DNA of 60,238 nucleotides, the filler included. It is 6 parts of 6 records of this genome, joined end to end, with 100 filler letters (N's around TTAATTAATTAA, not from the genome) between each part and the next. Parts side by side here need not be neighbours in the genome. Positions count along the whole stretch, not along the records: positions 1 to 15,448 come from DRR723986_6908; positions 15,549 to 23,459 come from DRR723986_6913; 4 more parts are not named here. One strand, 5' to 3'. Position 1 is the stretch's first letter. Every line of letters begins with the position of its first letter. The notes beneath the pieces are model-generated. The model made no database searches and was not told the DNA's origin. It was given only the letters and a program-made list of their open reading frames with translations. Of this stretch, positions 10,078-19,418 are shown one piece after another. The position numbers were made by a program, and so were the translations under genes.

Positions 10078-10727
10078 CGTATGTCGATATTGAAAGCGCT
10101 GCTCTTGAAGCGGGCTTAATCGTTATGGGCGCGCAACACCCGCGCGTGAGCGACGCCAAAGAATTGGATGATGGAACCCTAATACTATTGGGGGCTGGAC
10201 GGGAGTTTTGGCCTGTCCTACAGGGCTCCTCTGAATGGCAGGACCAATCTCCAAACCCGGTTGATCGTTGGTCGACCCGGGTTGTTTCGGGCTTAGCAAA
10301 CAGATTTGGGGCTACGGCTCATTTCCCATTCGGTGGCCCACCCTACACACCGTTCATTGATTGGGCGTTAAAGTCCGGGCGCGCCTTTCTGAGCCCTGTT
10401 GGCGCCATGGTCCACGACACCGCCGGCATGATGATTTCCTACCGTGGCGCATTACATTTTTCTCGGGAATTCGATATCCCATTCCCAATGTCCAGTTCCC
10501 CTTGTGAAGGGTGCCCTGCGCCCTGCACAACCGCCTGTCCGGTTGGCGCGCTCAATTCCGACACGTTCTACAAACTCGATACATGCCACGCGTATCTTGA
10601 TACAGATAGCGGCCAGTCGTGCATGACCAGCGGCTGTGCCGCGCGTTTAGCCTGCCCCATCAGTGTTACGTTTGACCGCGACCCCGCCCAAACTGCCCAC
10701 CATATGAGAGCCTTTCACCCGTCATGA
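10074..10727 (+). CDS. 4Fe-4S ferredoxin-like protein of unknown function
   Basis: CEGCPAPCTTACPVGAL plus C-terminal C...GCAARLACP; ATGA overlap with the upstream gene. Confidence 0.8.
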   Translation: MTYVDIESAALEAGLIVMGAQHPRVSDAKELDDGTLILLGAGREFWPVLQGSSEWQDQSPNPVDRWSTRVVSGLANRFGATAHFPFGGPPYTPFIDWALKSGRAFLSPVGAMVHDTAGMMISYRGALHFSREFDIPFPMSSSPCEGCPAPCTTACPVGALNSDTFYKLDTCHAYLDTDSGQSCMTSGCAARLACPISVTFDRDPAQTAHHMRAFHPS

Positions 10728-11218
10728 CACGCACCTTGATCCTGACCCGACATGCGAAATCCAGTTGGGGTGACGCATCTTTACCAGATCATGCACGTCC
10801 GCTGAACACACGTGGAAAGGCCTCTGCACAAGCGGTCGGTGGGTGGTTAAAGACCCAAGGTCACATACCGGATCAGGTCCTCAGTTCATCATCTCAGCGG
10901 ACACGGGAAACGTGGGATCTGATGAACTTGGAGGCCGATATCACCTATACCGACTCGCTTTATCATGCGTCGTCCCAACAGATGATGGATGGTCTGTGCG
11001 AGGCCAGCGGCGACGTTGTTCTGATGCTGGGGCACAACCCTGGAATTGCTGATTTCGCCAGGCGGTTGGTGCGAACGTTGCCAACCCACCCTCGGTATCG
11101 GGACTATCCCACCTGTGCGACAGCTGTGATCGAATTTGACGCTGAGGATTGGGACGTGGTGCAATGGCACAGCGGACGGGTGCTGGCCTTTGTCCTGCCG
11201 CGCGAATTGCTGGAATGA
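10724..11218 (+). CDS. SixA-like histidine phosphatase
   Basis: LTRHAKS, RPLNTRG, SSSQRTRET, LGHNP. Confidence 0.9.
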   Translation: MTRTLILTRHAKSSWGDASLPDHARPLNTRGKASAQAVGGWLKTQGHIPDQVLSSSSQRTRETWDLMNLEADITYTDSLYHASSQQMMDGLCEASGDVVLMLGHNPGIADFARRLVRTLPTHPRYRDYPTCATAVIEFDAEDWDVVQWHSGRVLAFVLPRELLE

Positions 11219-11246
11219 CAAAGGCCGGGAACAAGCCCGGCCTTTG
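11219..11246. terminator. Bidirectional intrinsic terminator
   Basis: CAAAGGCCGGG-aacaag-CCCGGCCTTTG between convergent genes. Confidence 0.7.
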
Positions 11247-11283
11247 CAACGATATGTAAGGGATTTAACCCGTTCAAAGCACC

Positions 11284-12075
11284 TTAGTGGCCAAGGATCT
11301 GGCTGAGGAACAGCTTGGTCCGATCTGATTGCGGGTTGTTAAAGAACTCTTCTGGTTCGTTCTGTTCCACAATCTGCCCCGCATCCATAAAGATCACGCG
11401 GTTCGCAACCTGACGAGCAAAGCCCATCTCGTGCGTCACGCAGAGCATGGTCATACCTTCTTCGGCCAGCTCGATCATGGTGTCGAGCACCTCTTTGATC
11501 ATCTCAGGGTCCAGCGCCGATGTTGGTTCATCAAACAACATGATCCGCGGCATCATGCACAGCGATCTGGCAATCGCCACACGCTGCTGCTGACCACCCG
11601 ACAACATGCCCGGATACTTATGGGCCTGCTCTGGAATTTTGACCTTTTCCAAGAAATGCATCGCACGCTCTTCGGCCTCTTTCCGGGGCGTCTTGCGCAC
11701 CCAGATCGGAGCCAACGTACAGTTTTCAAGGATCGTCAGATGCGGAAACAAGTTGAAGTGCTGGAACACCATGCCAACTTCGGAGCGGATCTTGTCGATG
11801 TTCTTGAGGTCATTTGACAGCTCAGTCCCATCCACAATGATCTTGCCCTGTTGGTGCTCTTCCAACGCATTCAGACAGCGGATCAGGGTCGATTTCCCCG
11901 AGCCCGAAGGCCCGGCGATAACGATCCGTTCGCCTTGATTAACGGTGAGGTTGATATCCCGCAACACGTGGAACGACCCGTACCACTTGTTCATGTTCGA
12001 GATTTCAATCGCGACCTCATCCGAGACCTGCATCTTTGAACGGTCGATTTCGCGGTTTGTAGCAAGTTCAGACAT
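11284..12075 (-). CDS. bztD: General L-amino acid ABC transporter ATPase (BztD/AapP)
   Basis: [25 protein letters not shown]; operon context. Confidence 0.93.
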   Translation of the reverse strand: MSELATNREIDRSKMQVSDEVAIEISNMNKWYGSFHVLRDINLTVNQGERIVIAGPSGSGKSTLIRCLNALEEHQQGKIIVDGTELSNDLKNIDKIRSEVGMVFQHFNLFPHLTILENCTLAPIWVRKTPRKEAEERAMHFLEKVKIPEQAHKYPGMLSGGQQQRVAIARSLCMMPRIMLFDEPTSALDPEMIKEVLDTMIELAEEGMTMLCVTHEMGFARQVANRVIFMDAGQIVEQNEPEEFFNNPQSDRTKLFLSQILGH

Positions 12076-12087
12076 AGGTTGAACTCC

Positions 12088-13392
12088 TTAATGGTGGCCA
12101 GTCTGAAGCTTACGCTCCAGATACATGGAATATCGGGACATAGAGAAACAGACGATGAAGAACAGGAACGCGATAAAGGCGAACAGTTCCCAATAGATGC
12201 CGTTCCAGGCGGTATCGGCGCGGATGGCACTTGCCAATCCAATCACGTCAAACAACCCGATAATCGACACCAGCGTCGTATCTTTAAAGATCCCAATGAA
12301 TGTACTCACGATCCCAGGAATAGAGATTTTCAGAGCTTGCGGCATGATGATCAACCGCTGCGCCTGCCAGTAATCCAGACCCAGACTGTCAGCGCCCTCA
12401 TATTGACCACGTGGCAAAGCCGCGAGGCCGCCCCGGATCACCTCGGCCATATAGGCGGCCGAAAAGAGGGTCATCATGATCATGACACGCAGAATGATGT
12501 CAAAATTCGTGCCTGGCGGCAGGAAAATGTTCAACAGCAACGACGCCACAAACAGCAGAGTGATCAGTGGCACACCGCGAATGAATTCGATGAAGCCCAC
12601 ACACAATGCTTTGACAATCAACAGATCCGATTGCCGCCCCAAGGCGAGAACAATACCGATGGGCAGTGACACACCAATGGCCACAACACCCAACAAGATC
12701 GCAAGCATGAAACCACCGAACTTACGGCTGGCGACAGCTTCGAGCCCAATGGGCATAGCCGAAGACAGCGCCTCGACGATTGGACCTGACAAAACCAGCC
12801 ACCAGATCACAGCAACTGAAACGCCTGCAATCATCGCAATCAATTCGCCAACAGCTTCGGTTGCGTATTTGATGATCAAGTAAGCGATGACAAAACCAAC
12901 AGCCGCACTGAGCGGACCCCAAATTGTGCCACCCCACATCAGGAACACCATCAGGAAGGGATAGGCTGCCGTCAAAATCAGCATCTTGGACGACACACGA
13001 TCCGAGAACAGGATCGGGCTCAGCGCTGCAAGCAGCAGGACCAAAGACAGGATTGGGCGCCAGTACATATCGCTCGGATAGAACCCGAACAACAACTGCA
13101 ACCAACGATCGTTGATAACGCCCCAACATGCGTGACCATGGGTAGATCCCCATGTTGCTTTCATGATCTCGCGGCATTCGCCCAGTGAATCGGCATTCCA
13201 AACAGATTGGAATACCCAAGGCAGAGCCCCCGCCAACACGTAATAGATCGCAGCAATAGCAACGATGGTCAGCGCAGAGTTAAACCAGCCTGAAAACAGG
13301 TTGTGTCTGGCCCAGCCAATCACCCCAACTTCGGAGGCAGGCGGTGCCTTTTCCGGCAACATTTCTGTGCGGACAAATGAAACTTCACTCAT
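12088..13392 (-). CDS. bztC: Amino acid ABC transporter permease (BztC/AapM)
   Basis: FIRGVPLI, AEVIRGG, EAA-like loop, FKDTTL. Confidence 0.92.
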   Translation of the reverse strand: MSEVSFVRTEMLPEKAPPASEVGVIGWARHNLFSGWFNSALTIVAIAAIYYVLAGALPWVFQSVWNADSLGECREIMKATWGSTHGHACWGVINDRWLQLLFGFYPSDMYWRPILSLVLLLAALSPILFSDRVSSKMLILTAAYPFLMVFLMWGGTIWGPLSAAVGFVIAYLIIKYATEAVGELIAMIAGVSVAVIWWLVLSGPIVEALSSAMPIGLEAVASRKFGGFMLAILLGVVAIGVSLPIGIVLALGRQSDLLIVKALCVGFIEFIRGVPLITLLFVASLLLNIFLPPGTNFDIILRVMIMMTLFSAAYMAEVIRGGLAALPRGQYEGADSLGLDYWQAQRLIIMPQALKISIPGIVSTFIGIFKDTTLVSIIGLFDVIGLASAIRADTAWNGIYWELFAFIAFLFFIVCFSMSRYSMYLERKLQTGHH

Positions 13393-13393
13393 A

Positions 13394-14662
13394 TTACCGC
13401 TCCACCAATTTGACGCTGTTGTTGTACCAGTTCATCACAGCCGAAATGCTCAACGAGATGATCAGATAGGCAAGCATCAGCAACAGAACACATTCCAGCT
13501 CGCGGCCGGTCTGGTTCATCGTGATACCACCCATTGTGCCCGTGATATCCATATAACCAACCGCGATTGCCAAGGACGAGTTCTTGGTCAGGTTGAGATA
13601 GTTGGAAATCATTGGCGGAATGATCACACGCAGCGCTTGTGGCAGGATCACCAGACGCATGGTCTTACCCGGGCGAATGCCCAAAGCCGACGCGGCCTCG
13701 GTCTGACCTTTAGAGATCGCCAAGATGCCGGCCCGTACGATTTCCGCGATAAACGCAGCTGTGTACAGAGACAGAGCAAGCCAGAGGGCGATCAGCGAGT
13801 TCCGCATGTGCGTCCCGCCTTTGAAATTGAACCCTTTGAGTTCAGGATAGCCAAAGTGACAGCCCAGAACCGTAAGTAGGATGGCCATCGGCACAAACAG
13901 CAAACCTAGCTGGATATACCAGATCTTGGGGCGGTCACCGGTCGCCTCTTGCGTCGCAGCCGCTTTGGCAGCCACTTTACGCATCGCAAAAATGCTGAGC
14001 GCAAGAACTGCAATAACAGCAACGAGGTCCAAAGAGATGTCAAACCGCAGGCTGGAATCACCAAACAAGTGAATATTGCCCAAGCTGCGCGAGAACAGAA
14101 ATTCCGGGATATAGACACCCCGGTTCGTCACAGCAACACTGTCAAACAGGTTCATTGTTGCTGTTGGTTCCGCACCACGGAAGGCGCGCGGTGCCGGAAG
14201 GCTTTCGATCATAATGGCCATCGCCAAAACGATCCAAAGCAGAACGGGCACGTTCCGGAACATTTCTACGTAAACGGTCATGATCCGCGCAACCAGCCAG
14301 TTCGATGACAATCGCAGAACGCCGACAAACACCCCAATGATGGTGGCCGTGATACAGCCCAGAACAGCAACCACCAGCGTGTTCAACAAGCCCATCAGGG
14401 CAGCACGCAGGTGAGTATCCCGAGAGGTATATTCCAGCAGTCGCTGGTTGATGTCATAGCTGGCAGGTTCGCTAAAGAACCCAAAATCAATGGGTTTGCC
14501 CAAAGCGGCGAGGTTCTGCGCAGTGTTGTTGATAAGCCAAGCAGCCAACAACATAAAACAGAGCATTGCGATGACTTGGATCGTGGCTGATCGATACCGC
14601 GTATCATAAAGGAGCATCGACAGCCGGAACTGCTCCTTAGGCGGGTCAGTGAGAGTCGTCAT
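13394..14662 (-). CDS. bztB: Amino acid ABC transporter permease (BztB/AapQ)
   Basis: GLLNTL, FRNVP, AEIVRAG, LTKNSSL. Confidence 0.92.
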   Translation of the reverse strand: MTTLTDPPKEQFRLSMLLYDTRYRSATIQVIAMLCFMLLAAWLINNTAQNLAALGKPIDFGFFSEPASYDINQRLLEYTSRDTHLRAALMGLLNTLVVAVLGCITATIIGVFVGVLRLSSNWLVARIMTVYVEMFRNVPVLLWIVLAMAIMIESLPAPRAFRGAEPTATMNLFDSVAVTNRGVYIPEFLFSRSLGNIHLFGDSSLRFDISLDLVAVIAVLALSIFAMRKVAAKAAATQEATGDRPKIWYIQLGLLFVPMAILLTVLGCHFGYPELKGFNFKGGTHMRNSLIALWLALSLYTAAFIAEIVRAGILAISKGQTEAASALGIRPGKTMRLVILPQALRVIIPPMISNYLNLTKNSSLAIAVGYMDITGTMGGITMNQTGRELECVLLLMLAYLIISLSISAVMNWYNNSVKLVER

Positions 14663-14751
14663 GACCTATGTGTATCCCCGTGAGACCCTGATTTGTCTTT
14701 CGGCGAAGTTTCTCTTCGCTCACTGAAATCAGGCACGTTTTTGAAAAGGCA

Positions 14752-14781
14752 AAAAGGGCGCAGGTTTCCCCGCGCCCTTTT
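14752..14781 (-). terminator. Intercistronic stem-loop after the binding-protein gene
   Basis: AAAAGGGCGC...GCGCCCTTTT, giving a U tract on the minus strand. Confidence 0.65.
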
Positions 14782-14791
14782 CACATGATGT

Positions 14792-15448
14792 TTAGCGGAA
14801 TGGGGGCGAATACAGCAGGCCGCCTTCGGTCCACTGTGCGTTCAGACCACGTGCCAGACCGATGGGGGTTTCTTCGCCGATGTTTTTGGCAAAGATTTCA
14901 CCATAGTTGCCGCCCGCCATGATGGCGCGCTTGGCCCACTCGGCGTCCAGACCCAGCATTTCACCCAGAGTCCCTTCGGAACCAAGCAGACGCTTGATTT
15001 CTGGGTTGTCTGTCGAAGATGCGATTTCAGCAACGTTTGCCGAAGTCACGCCCAGCTCTTCTGCTGTGATTACAGCGTTCAGAGTCCAGCGTACGACATC
15101 ACCCCATTCGTTGTCGCCGTGGCGAACCAACGGGCCCAGAGGCTCTTTGGAGATGATTTCGGGCAACAGAGCGTGCGCCGCAGGATCTTCGAAAGATGCG
15201 CGTGTGGCCGCCAGACCAGATGCGTCGGTGGTGTAAACGTCGCACGCACCAGCCAAGTACTGCTGCTGAGCTTCGGCGTTTGTTTCGATCGGAACCGGCT
15301 CATAGCTGATGTTGTTGGTGCGGAAGAAGTCCGCCAAGTTCAGCTCGGTGGTTGTCCCGGTCTGAATGCAAACAGTTGCACCATCCAGATCTTTGGCGGA
15401 CGAAACGCCCAGCTCTTTGGGGACCATGAAGCCCTGACCGTCATAGTA
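14792..15448 (-). CDS. bztA: Amino acid ABC transporter substrate-binding protein (BztA/AapJ), 5'-truncated
   Basis: GATVCIQTGTTTE, ISKEPLGP, GNYGEIF, GGLLYSPPFR. Confidence 0.93.
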   Translation of the reverse strand, partial: YYDGQGFMVPKELGVSSAKDLDGATVCIQTGTTTELNLADFFRTNNISYEPVPIETNAEAQQQYLAGACDVYTTDASGLAATRASFEDPAAHALLPEIISKEPLGPLVRHGDNEWGDVVRWTLNAVITAEELGVTSANVAEIASSTDNPEIKRLLGSEGTLGEMLGLDAEWAKRAIMAGGNYGEIFAKNIGEETPIGLARGLNAQWTEGGLLYSPPFR

Positions 15449-15548
15449 NNNNNNNNNNNNNNNNNNNNNNNNNNNNNNNNNNNNNNNNNNNNTTAATTAA
15501 TTAANNNNNNNNNNNNNNNNNNNNNNNNNNNNNNNNNNNNNNNNNNNN
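15449..15548. other. Artificial contig spacer
   Basis: N44-TTAATTAATTAA-N44 (stops in all six frames). Confidence 0.99.
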
Positions 15549-16505
15549 CCAACGGTCCCACGGCATTTCCTGATTGCCATAGTTGCACTCGTAATACCGA
15601 TGATGCAGCTGGTGATAAAACGTCCCCAGTGCCAGTTTGCGCTTGTCCTTAATCAGCAAATCCTCATAGCCCGTATGGCTCATCGCCGCGCCGGGGCCCT
15701 GAAACACGATGTGGAAATACAAGTGGATCGGGTGCGAGGCCACGACCCAGTGGATGCACAGCGTGGTCAGATAGATAAAGTGCTCCACCGGGTGCATCGA
15801 AAATCCCGACCACGGGCCAATGCAGACATTTCGGTGATGCAGCGCATGCACGCGCCGATATAGGAACGGTTGATGCAGCAGCCGATGCACCCAATAGAAA
15901 TGAAACGCTGACCACATCGGAATGATCACCAGAAACGCCAAAAACCAAACCGGGCTTTCGGCGAAGGTAATCGTAGGCGTGTACCCATTCGCCATCAGCC
16001 ACATGGACACCACCTGAAACCCGGTCAACTGCAACACGCCCGAGCCAAGCGACCAGAACATATTGTCCAGCACCTGGTCCTTGAAATCCCACAGCTTGTT
16101 GTTCTTGCCCTGATCGCGGCGTTCGAACTTCAGCTTTTTCCCCTGCGCCTTGCGCATGTAAAAATACCAATGCAGCGTGCCCGCCACCGCAAAGATCATC
16201 ACAAAGTTGATGACATAGATCTGCGCGATCCAGCCAAAGGCAAAGCTCTGCGCCGTGTCCAACGACGGATAAAAGAAATACCACAGCGCCACGGCCGCGA
16301 TGGCCATGCACACCCGCTCGCTCAGCGTCAGCCAATTGCGCGCCAACCACCCCAGCAAAAAGGCCGGGTTGGGCGGCCACTGAAAGATCGACGGATCCTG
16401 CAGCGGCAATTCCGGGTGATAATTCCACTCACGCGTCATATCCTGCATCTGCGCATCCGAAGGTGACGCAGACATATGATCCAGATTTGGGGTCGTGTCG
16501 GTCAT
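15549..16505 (-). CDS. Sterol desaturase / fatty acid hydroxylase family di-iron membrane enzyme, 3'-truncated
   Basis: HFYWVHRLLH, VHALHH, SHTGY, YHQLHH, CNYG, PWDRW. Confidence 0.88.
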
Positions 16506-16539
16506 TCTGGCGCCTCCCTCTTGGCCAAAACTCAGGTCT

Positions 16540-17379
16540 TTATTGGTGCAGCGGGGTCCAGCGGTCCAAGGCTTCGCTCAACTTGTCGGCCTCGCCCGGC
16601 AGCATCCCAACGGTATGGGCTGCGTCCGGAAAGGCACCAGATTGCACGTCTGTGCGGAACCCTGTCAGGGACTTGTCCCGCTCGGCCGCCAACGCCTTGC
16701 GGATCGTTGCCACATCACCCCATGCCTTGGCGTGGCGTGGTGGGTTTTCCACATCACCGCAGATGTCCTCCATGAACGAAAAGATGATATCGCCCCCCGA
16801 CCCGGCCCCGATAGAATGGGTCAACAGCGTGGTTTTAGAATTGATCGCCTGCAACGCCTCAACCGCAACGCATTCCACTTCGACCGCTGCGGCACCTGCA
16901 TCCTCATACCGGCGCATCCAGTCGAGTAACTTCATCGCCTCCTCGGCTGTCTTGCCAAACGTCTTTAATCCCCCTGTTAGGGTCGATTTTCGCGGCACCA
17001 GCCCCACATGGCCCTGCACGGCAAGCCCCTCGTTGGCGATCAATTCAACGATCCCCATACCGCGGGGGGTAAAGATCGCATCGGCACCCTTTTCCGCCGC
17101 CTTCATCGCCGCCGTCAGGCATTCCTGCGGCTCAAAATATTGGCACATTGTCTGGCTTGAGGTGATGAACGTGTCCGGCGCACCGGCGCGAACCACATCG
17201 TAATCCTGATCTGAAATGGTGATCAAATCGATCCCCATCTCCTGACAGGCGCGCGCTTCACCCTCACTCACCGCAGATACTTGGGTCATCTTTTTGCCAA
17301 CCGCCTTGTTGGCGCGCAGGCAATCCACCGTCAAATTGCGACGCGCAGGCTGGCCGCCATAGGTATAGATATTCTTCAT
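16540..17379 (-). CDS. Divergent PanB-like (ketopantoate hydroxymethyltransferase family) protein
   Basis: VRAGAPDT, GHVGLVP, GGLKTFGK, AGAAAVEVECV, SIGAG, GAFP; lacks the canonical AYD, GDSLG, DxPF and KxEG motifs. Confidence 0.82.
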   Translation of the reverse strand: MKNIYTYGGQPARRNLTVDCLRANKAVGKKMTQVSAVSEGEARACQEMGIDLITISDQDYDVVRAGAPDTFITSSQTMCQYFEPQECLTAAMKAAEKGADAIFTPRGMGIVELIANEGLAVQGHVGLVPRKSTLTGGLKTFGKTAEEAMKLLDWMRRYEDAGAAAVEVECVAVEALQAINSKTTLLTHSIGAGSGGDIIFSFMEDICGDVENPPRHAKAWGDVATIRKALAAERDKSLTGFRTDVQSGAFPDAAHTVGMLPGEADKLSEALDRWTPLHQ

Positions 17380-18494
17380 TCTGTTTCGCCCATCGCGCTT
17401 AGGTAAATGTCATGAAAATGGCGCATCGCATGTTCTGAAATGTCGTGCGCGTCCGGGTCGGTGATGTACCATCCTTGTGTGTACCCGCGCTGATGCAGCC
17501 CCTTTTGCACGTTTTCACACAAATCGCGGTCCTCAATCGACACCACATCCGTGGACCACTCAGCCCGCAACCGCGCGCGCTCGGCCATGCCCGGATCGGT
17601 TGGTGCAACAGTGGTCAGCGACAGCGACTCTCGTTCCGTCAGATCCGGCGTGACCGGATCAAACCGCGAGGCATAAAACCCCTGCGCACCGGGAAACTGG
17701 CCAAAGATGGTGTTCGGGAACAAAAACCAGAACTGTCCCGTGGTCACATCATGCTCCAGATCCAGCGGAAAGGCGGCATTGTCGGCCTTCATCGCCGTGG
17801 GCGCATTTTGATAGGTATAGTTCTGGTACAGCTCAAACCTGCTCTGGGCGATGTCCATCATATCGTCAAACGAATGGTGCGCCGGGCCGCAGTGGTGGCA
17901 TTCCAGATAGTTGTCCAGCATCACCTTCCAGTTGGATTTGCAGGTATAGGTATGGCCATAGGCGGCCTCCCCTTCGACCACCAGATTGGGCAGATCCGGC
18001 ACACAGGCCAAAATCTGCGCCTCAAGCCCCGGCGCAAATTCGGCCAGCGGCTGCGCCTCGAGATCAAGGTTCACAAACAGGAAATCAACAATCCGATCCA
18101 CCCGGATTTCCGACAACCCAATGGTGCTGCGCTCTGGCGCGTCGGTATTGCCGCGCTTTTGCATTCCCCGTAACGCCCCATCCAACCCAAAGGTCCAAGC
18201 GTGATACGGACAGGTCAAAACCGCCTTATTCCCCGATCCCGTGACCAATTGATGCCCCCGATGCGGGCAAACGTTGTAGAACGCCCGTATGTCGCCCACA
18301 CGATCTTTGACTAGGAATATGTTCTGATCAAACAGGCTGAGCGTTAGAAAATCGCCGGGGTTCTCAAGCTGTCCGGCATGACCGGCCAATTGCCAACTGT
18401 TCAGCAACAGCTCTTTCTCGCGATCCAAAATCCGCGTGTCCGTATAGTACCGGGCGGCAAGCGTGCGCGTCCGGGCTGGAGGGGTGTCCAACAT
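17376..18494 (-). CDS. Rieske oxygenase alpha subunit, CntA/YeaW-like
   Basis: CPHRGH...CPYH Rieske motif; NWKVMLDNYLECHHCGPAH; ED...VQKGL; ISEH; ATG at 18494. Confidence 0.9.
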   Translation of the reverse strand: MLDTPPARTRTLAARYYTDTRILDREKELLLNSWQLAGHAGQLENPGDFLTLSLFDQNIFLVKDRVGDIRAFYNVCPHRGHQLVTGSGNKAVLTCPYHAWTFGLDGALRGMQKRGNTDAPERSTIGLSEIRVDRIVDFLFVNLDLEAQPLAEFAPGLEAQILACVPDLPNLVVEGEAAYGHTYTCKSNWKVMLDNYLECHHCGPAHHSFDDMMDIAQSRFELYQNYTYQNAPTAMKADNAAFPLDLEHDVTTGQFWFLFPNTIFGQFPGAQGFYASRFDPVTPDLTERESLSLTTVAPTDPGMAERARLRAEWSTDVVSIEDRDLCENVQKGLHQRGYTQGWYITDPDAHDISEHAMRHFHDIYLSAMGETE

Positions 18495-18543
18495 GGGGTA
18501 ACCTTTCTGGCGTGTCGTCTGGCGGGGCAAACCCGCCAATCGC

Positions 18544-19299
18544 TTAGCTGGCGTAATCTGATCCTTCGGCGTCCAGGATCGCTTTCATTTCGCGCATATG
18601 TGCCTCAGCCTGGCTTGGGTAATCCTCAAGCTCTTGCGCGGTTTTCTCGGCAATCTCGTCGCTGAGAATGCGCAGTTTCTGACCCGTCTGCAGGGCGCGA
18701 ATATAGGTTTCCGCAGCCCGCTCGAAATAATACAGCCGATTGAACGCATCTGCTGCATCGCTGCCGATCACCAAGACGCCATGGTTGCCCATGATCATCA
18801 CCTTTTTCTTGGGATCACTCAGCATTGATGCACAGCGCTCGCCTTCGCTCTCAAACGCAAGACCGCCGAATTCTTCGTCAATGACATAGCGGTTGTAAAA
18901 CGTCGCCGTGTTTTGATCGATCGGGGGAATGTTGCTATCCGCCAGCGCCGCCAACACCGTGGCGTGGATCGAATGCACATGCATCACGCAACGCGCGTGC
19001 GGGCAATGACGGTGGATCGAGCCGTGCAATCCCCATGCGGTCGGGTCCGGCGCGCCGGGTTTATCCATCGTGGTCGGATCATTGGCATCCAGAAACAACA
19101 GGTTTGACGCTTTGACCCGGTCGAAATGCATCTGGTTCGGGTTCATCAAGAACTGCGACCCATCGTCATTCACCGCAAGGCTAAAATGGTTCGCCACCGC
19201 CTCATGCATGTTCAACTTGACGGTCCAGCGAAAGGCCGCAGCCATATCAACACGTTCGGACCAATGATCCATATTGGGTCGCAGGTTGGTAACGCTCAT
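18544..19299 (-). CDS. Class II aldolase/adducin family protein
   Basis: NHFS, GLHGSIH, HVHS, GNHG metal-binding motifs. Confidence 0.9.
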   Translation of the reverse strand: MSVTNLRPNMDHWSERVDMAAAFRWTVKLNMHEAVANHFSLAVNDDGSQFLMNPNQMHFDRVKASNLLFLDANDPTTMDKPGAPDPTAWGLHGSIHRHCPHARCVMHVHSIHATVLAALADSNIPPIDQNTATFYNRYVIDEEFGGLAFESEGERCASMLSDPKKKVMIMGNHGVLVIGSDAADAFNRLYYFERAAETYIRALQTGQKLRILSDEIAEKTAQELEDYPSQAEAHMREMKAILDAEGSDYAS

Positions 19300-19394
19300 G
19301 GTCGAATCTCCGGAATGGCGGGGTAAGTGTGTCAGCTGGTTAAAACCTGCATCCCTCGCCTCTGTTTGACCAATGAAAAAAACATGGGTATCTC

Positions 19395-19409
19395 ATTAGC
19401 GTTACTAAT
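19395..19409. promoter_or_regulatory. LysR (GcvA-type) binding box
   Basis: ATTAG-cgtta-CTAAT palindrome fitting T-N11-A, between divergent genes. Confidence 0.65.
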
Positions 19410-19418
19410 ACCAAGGTT

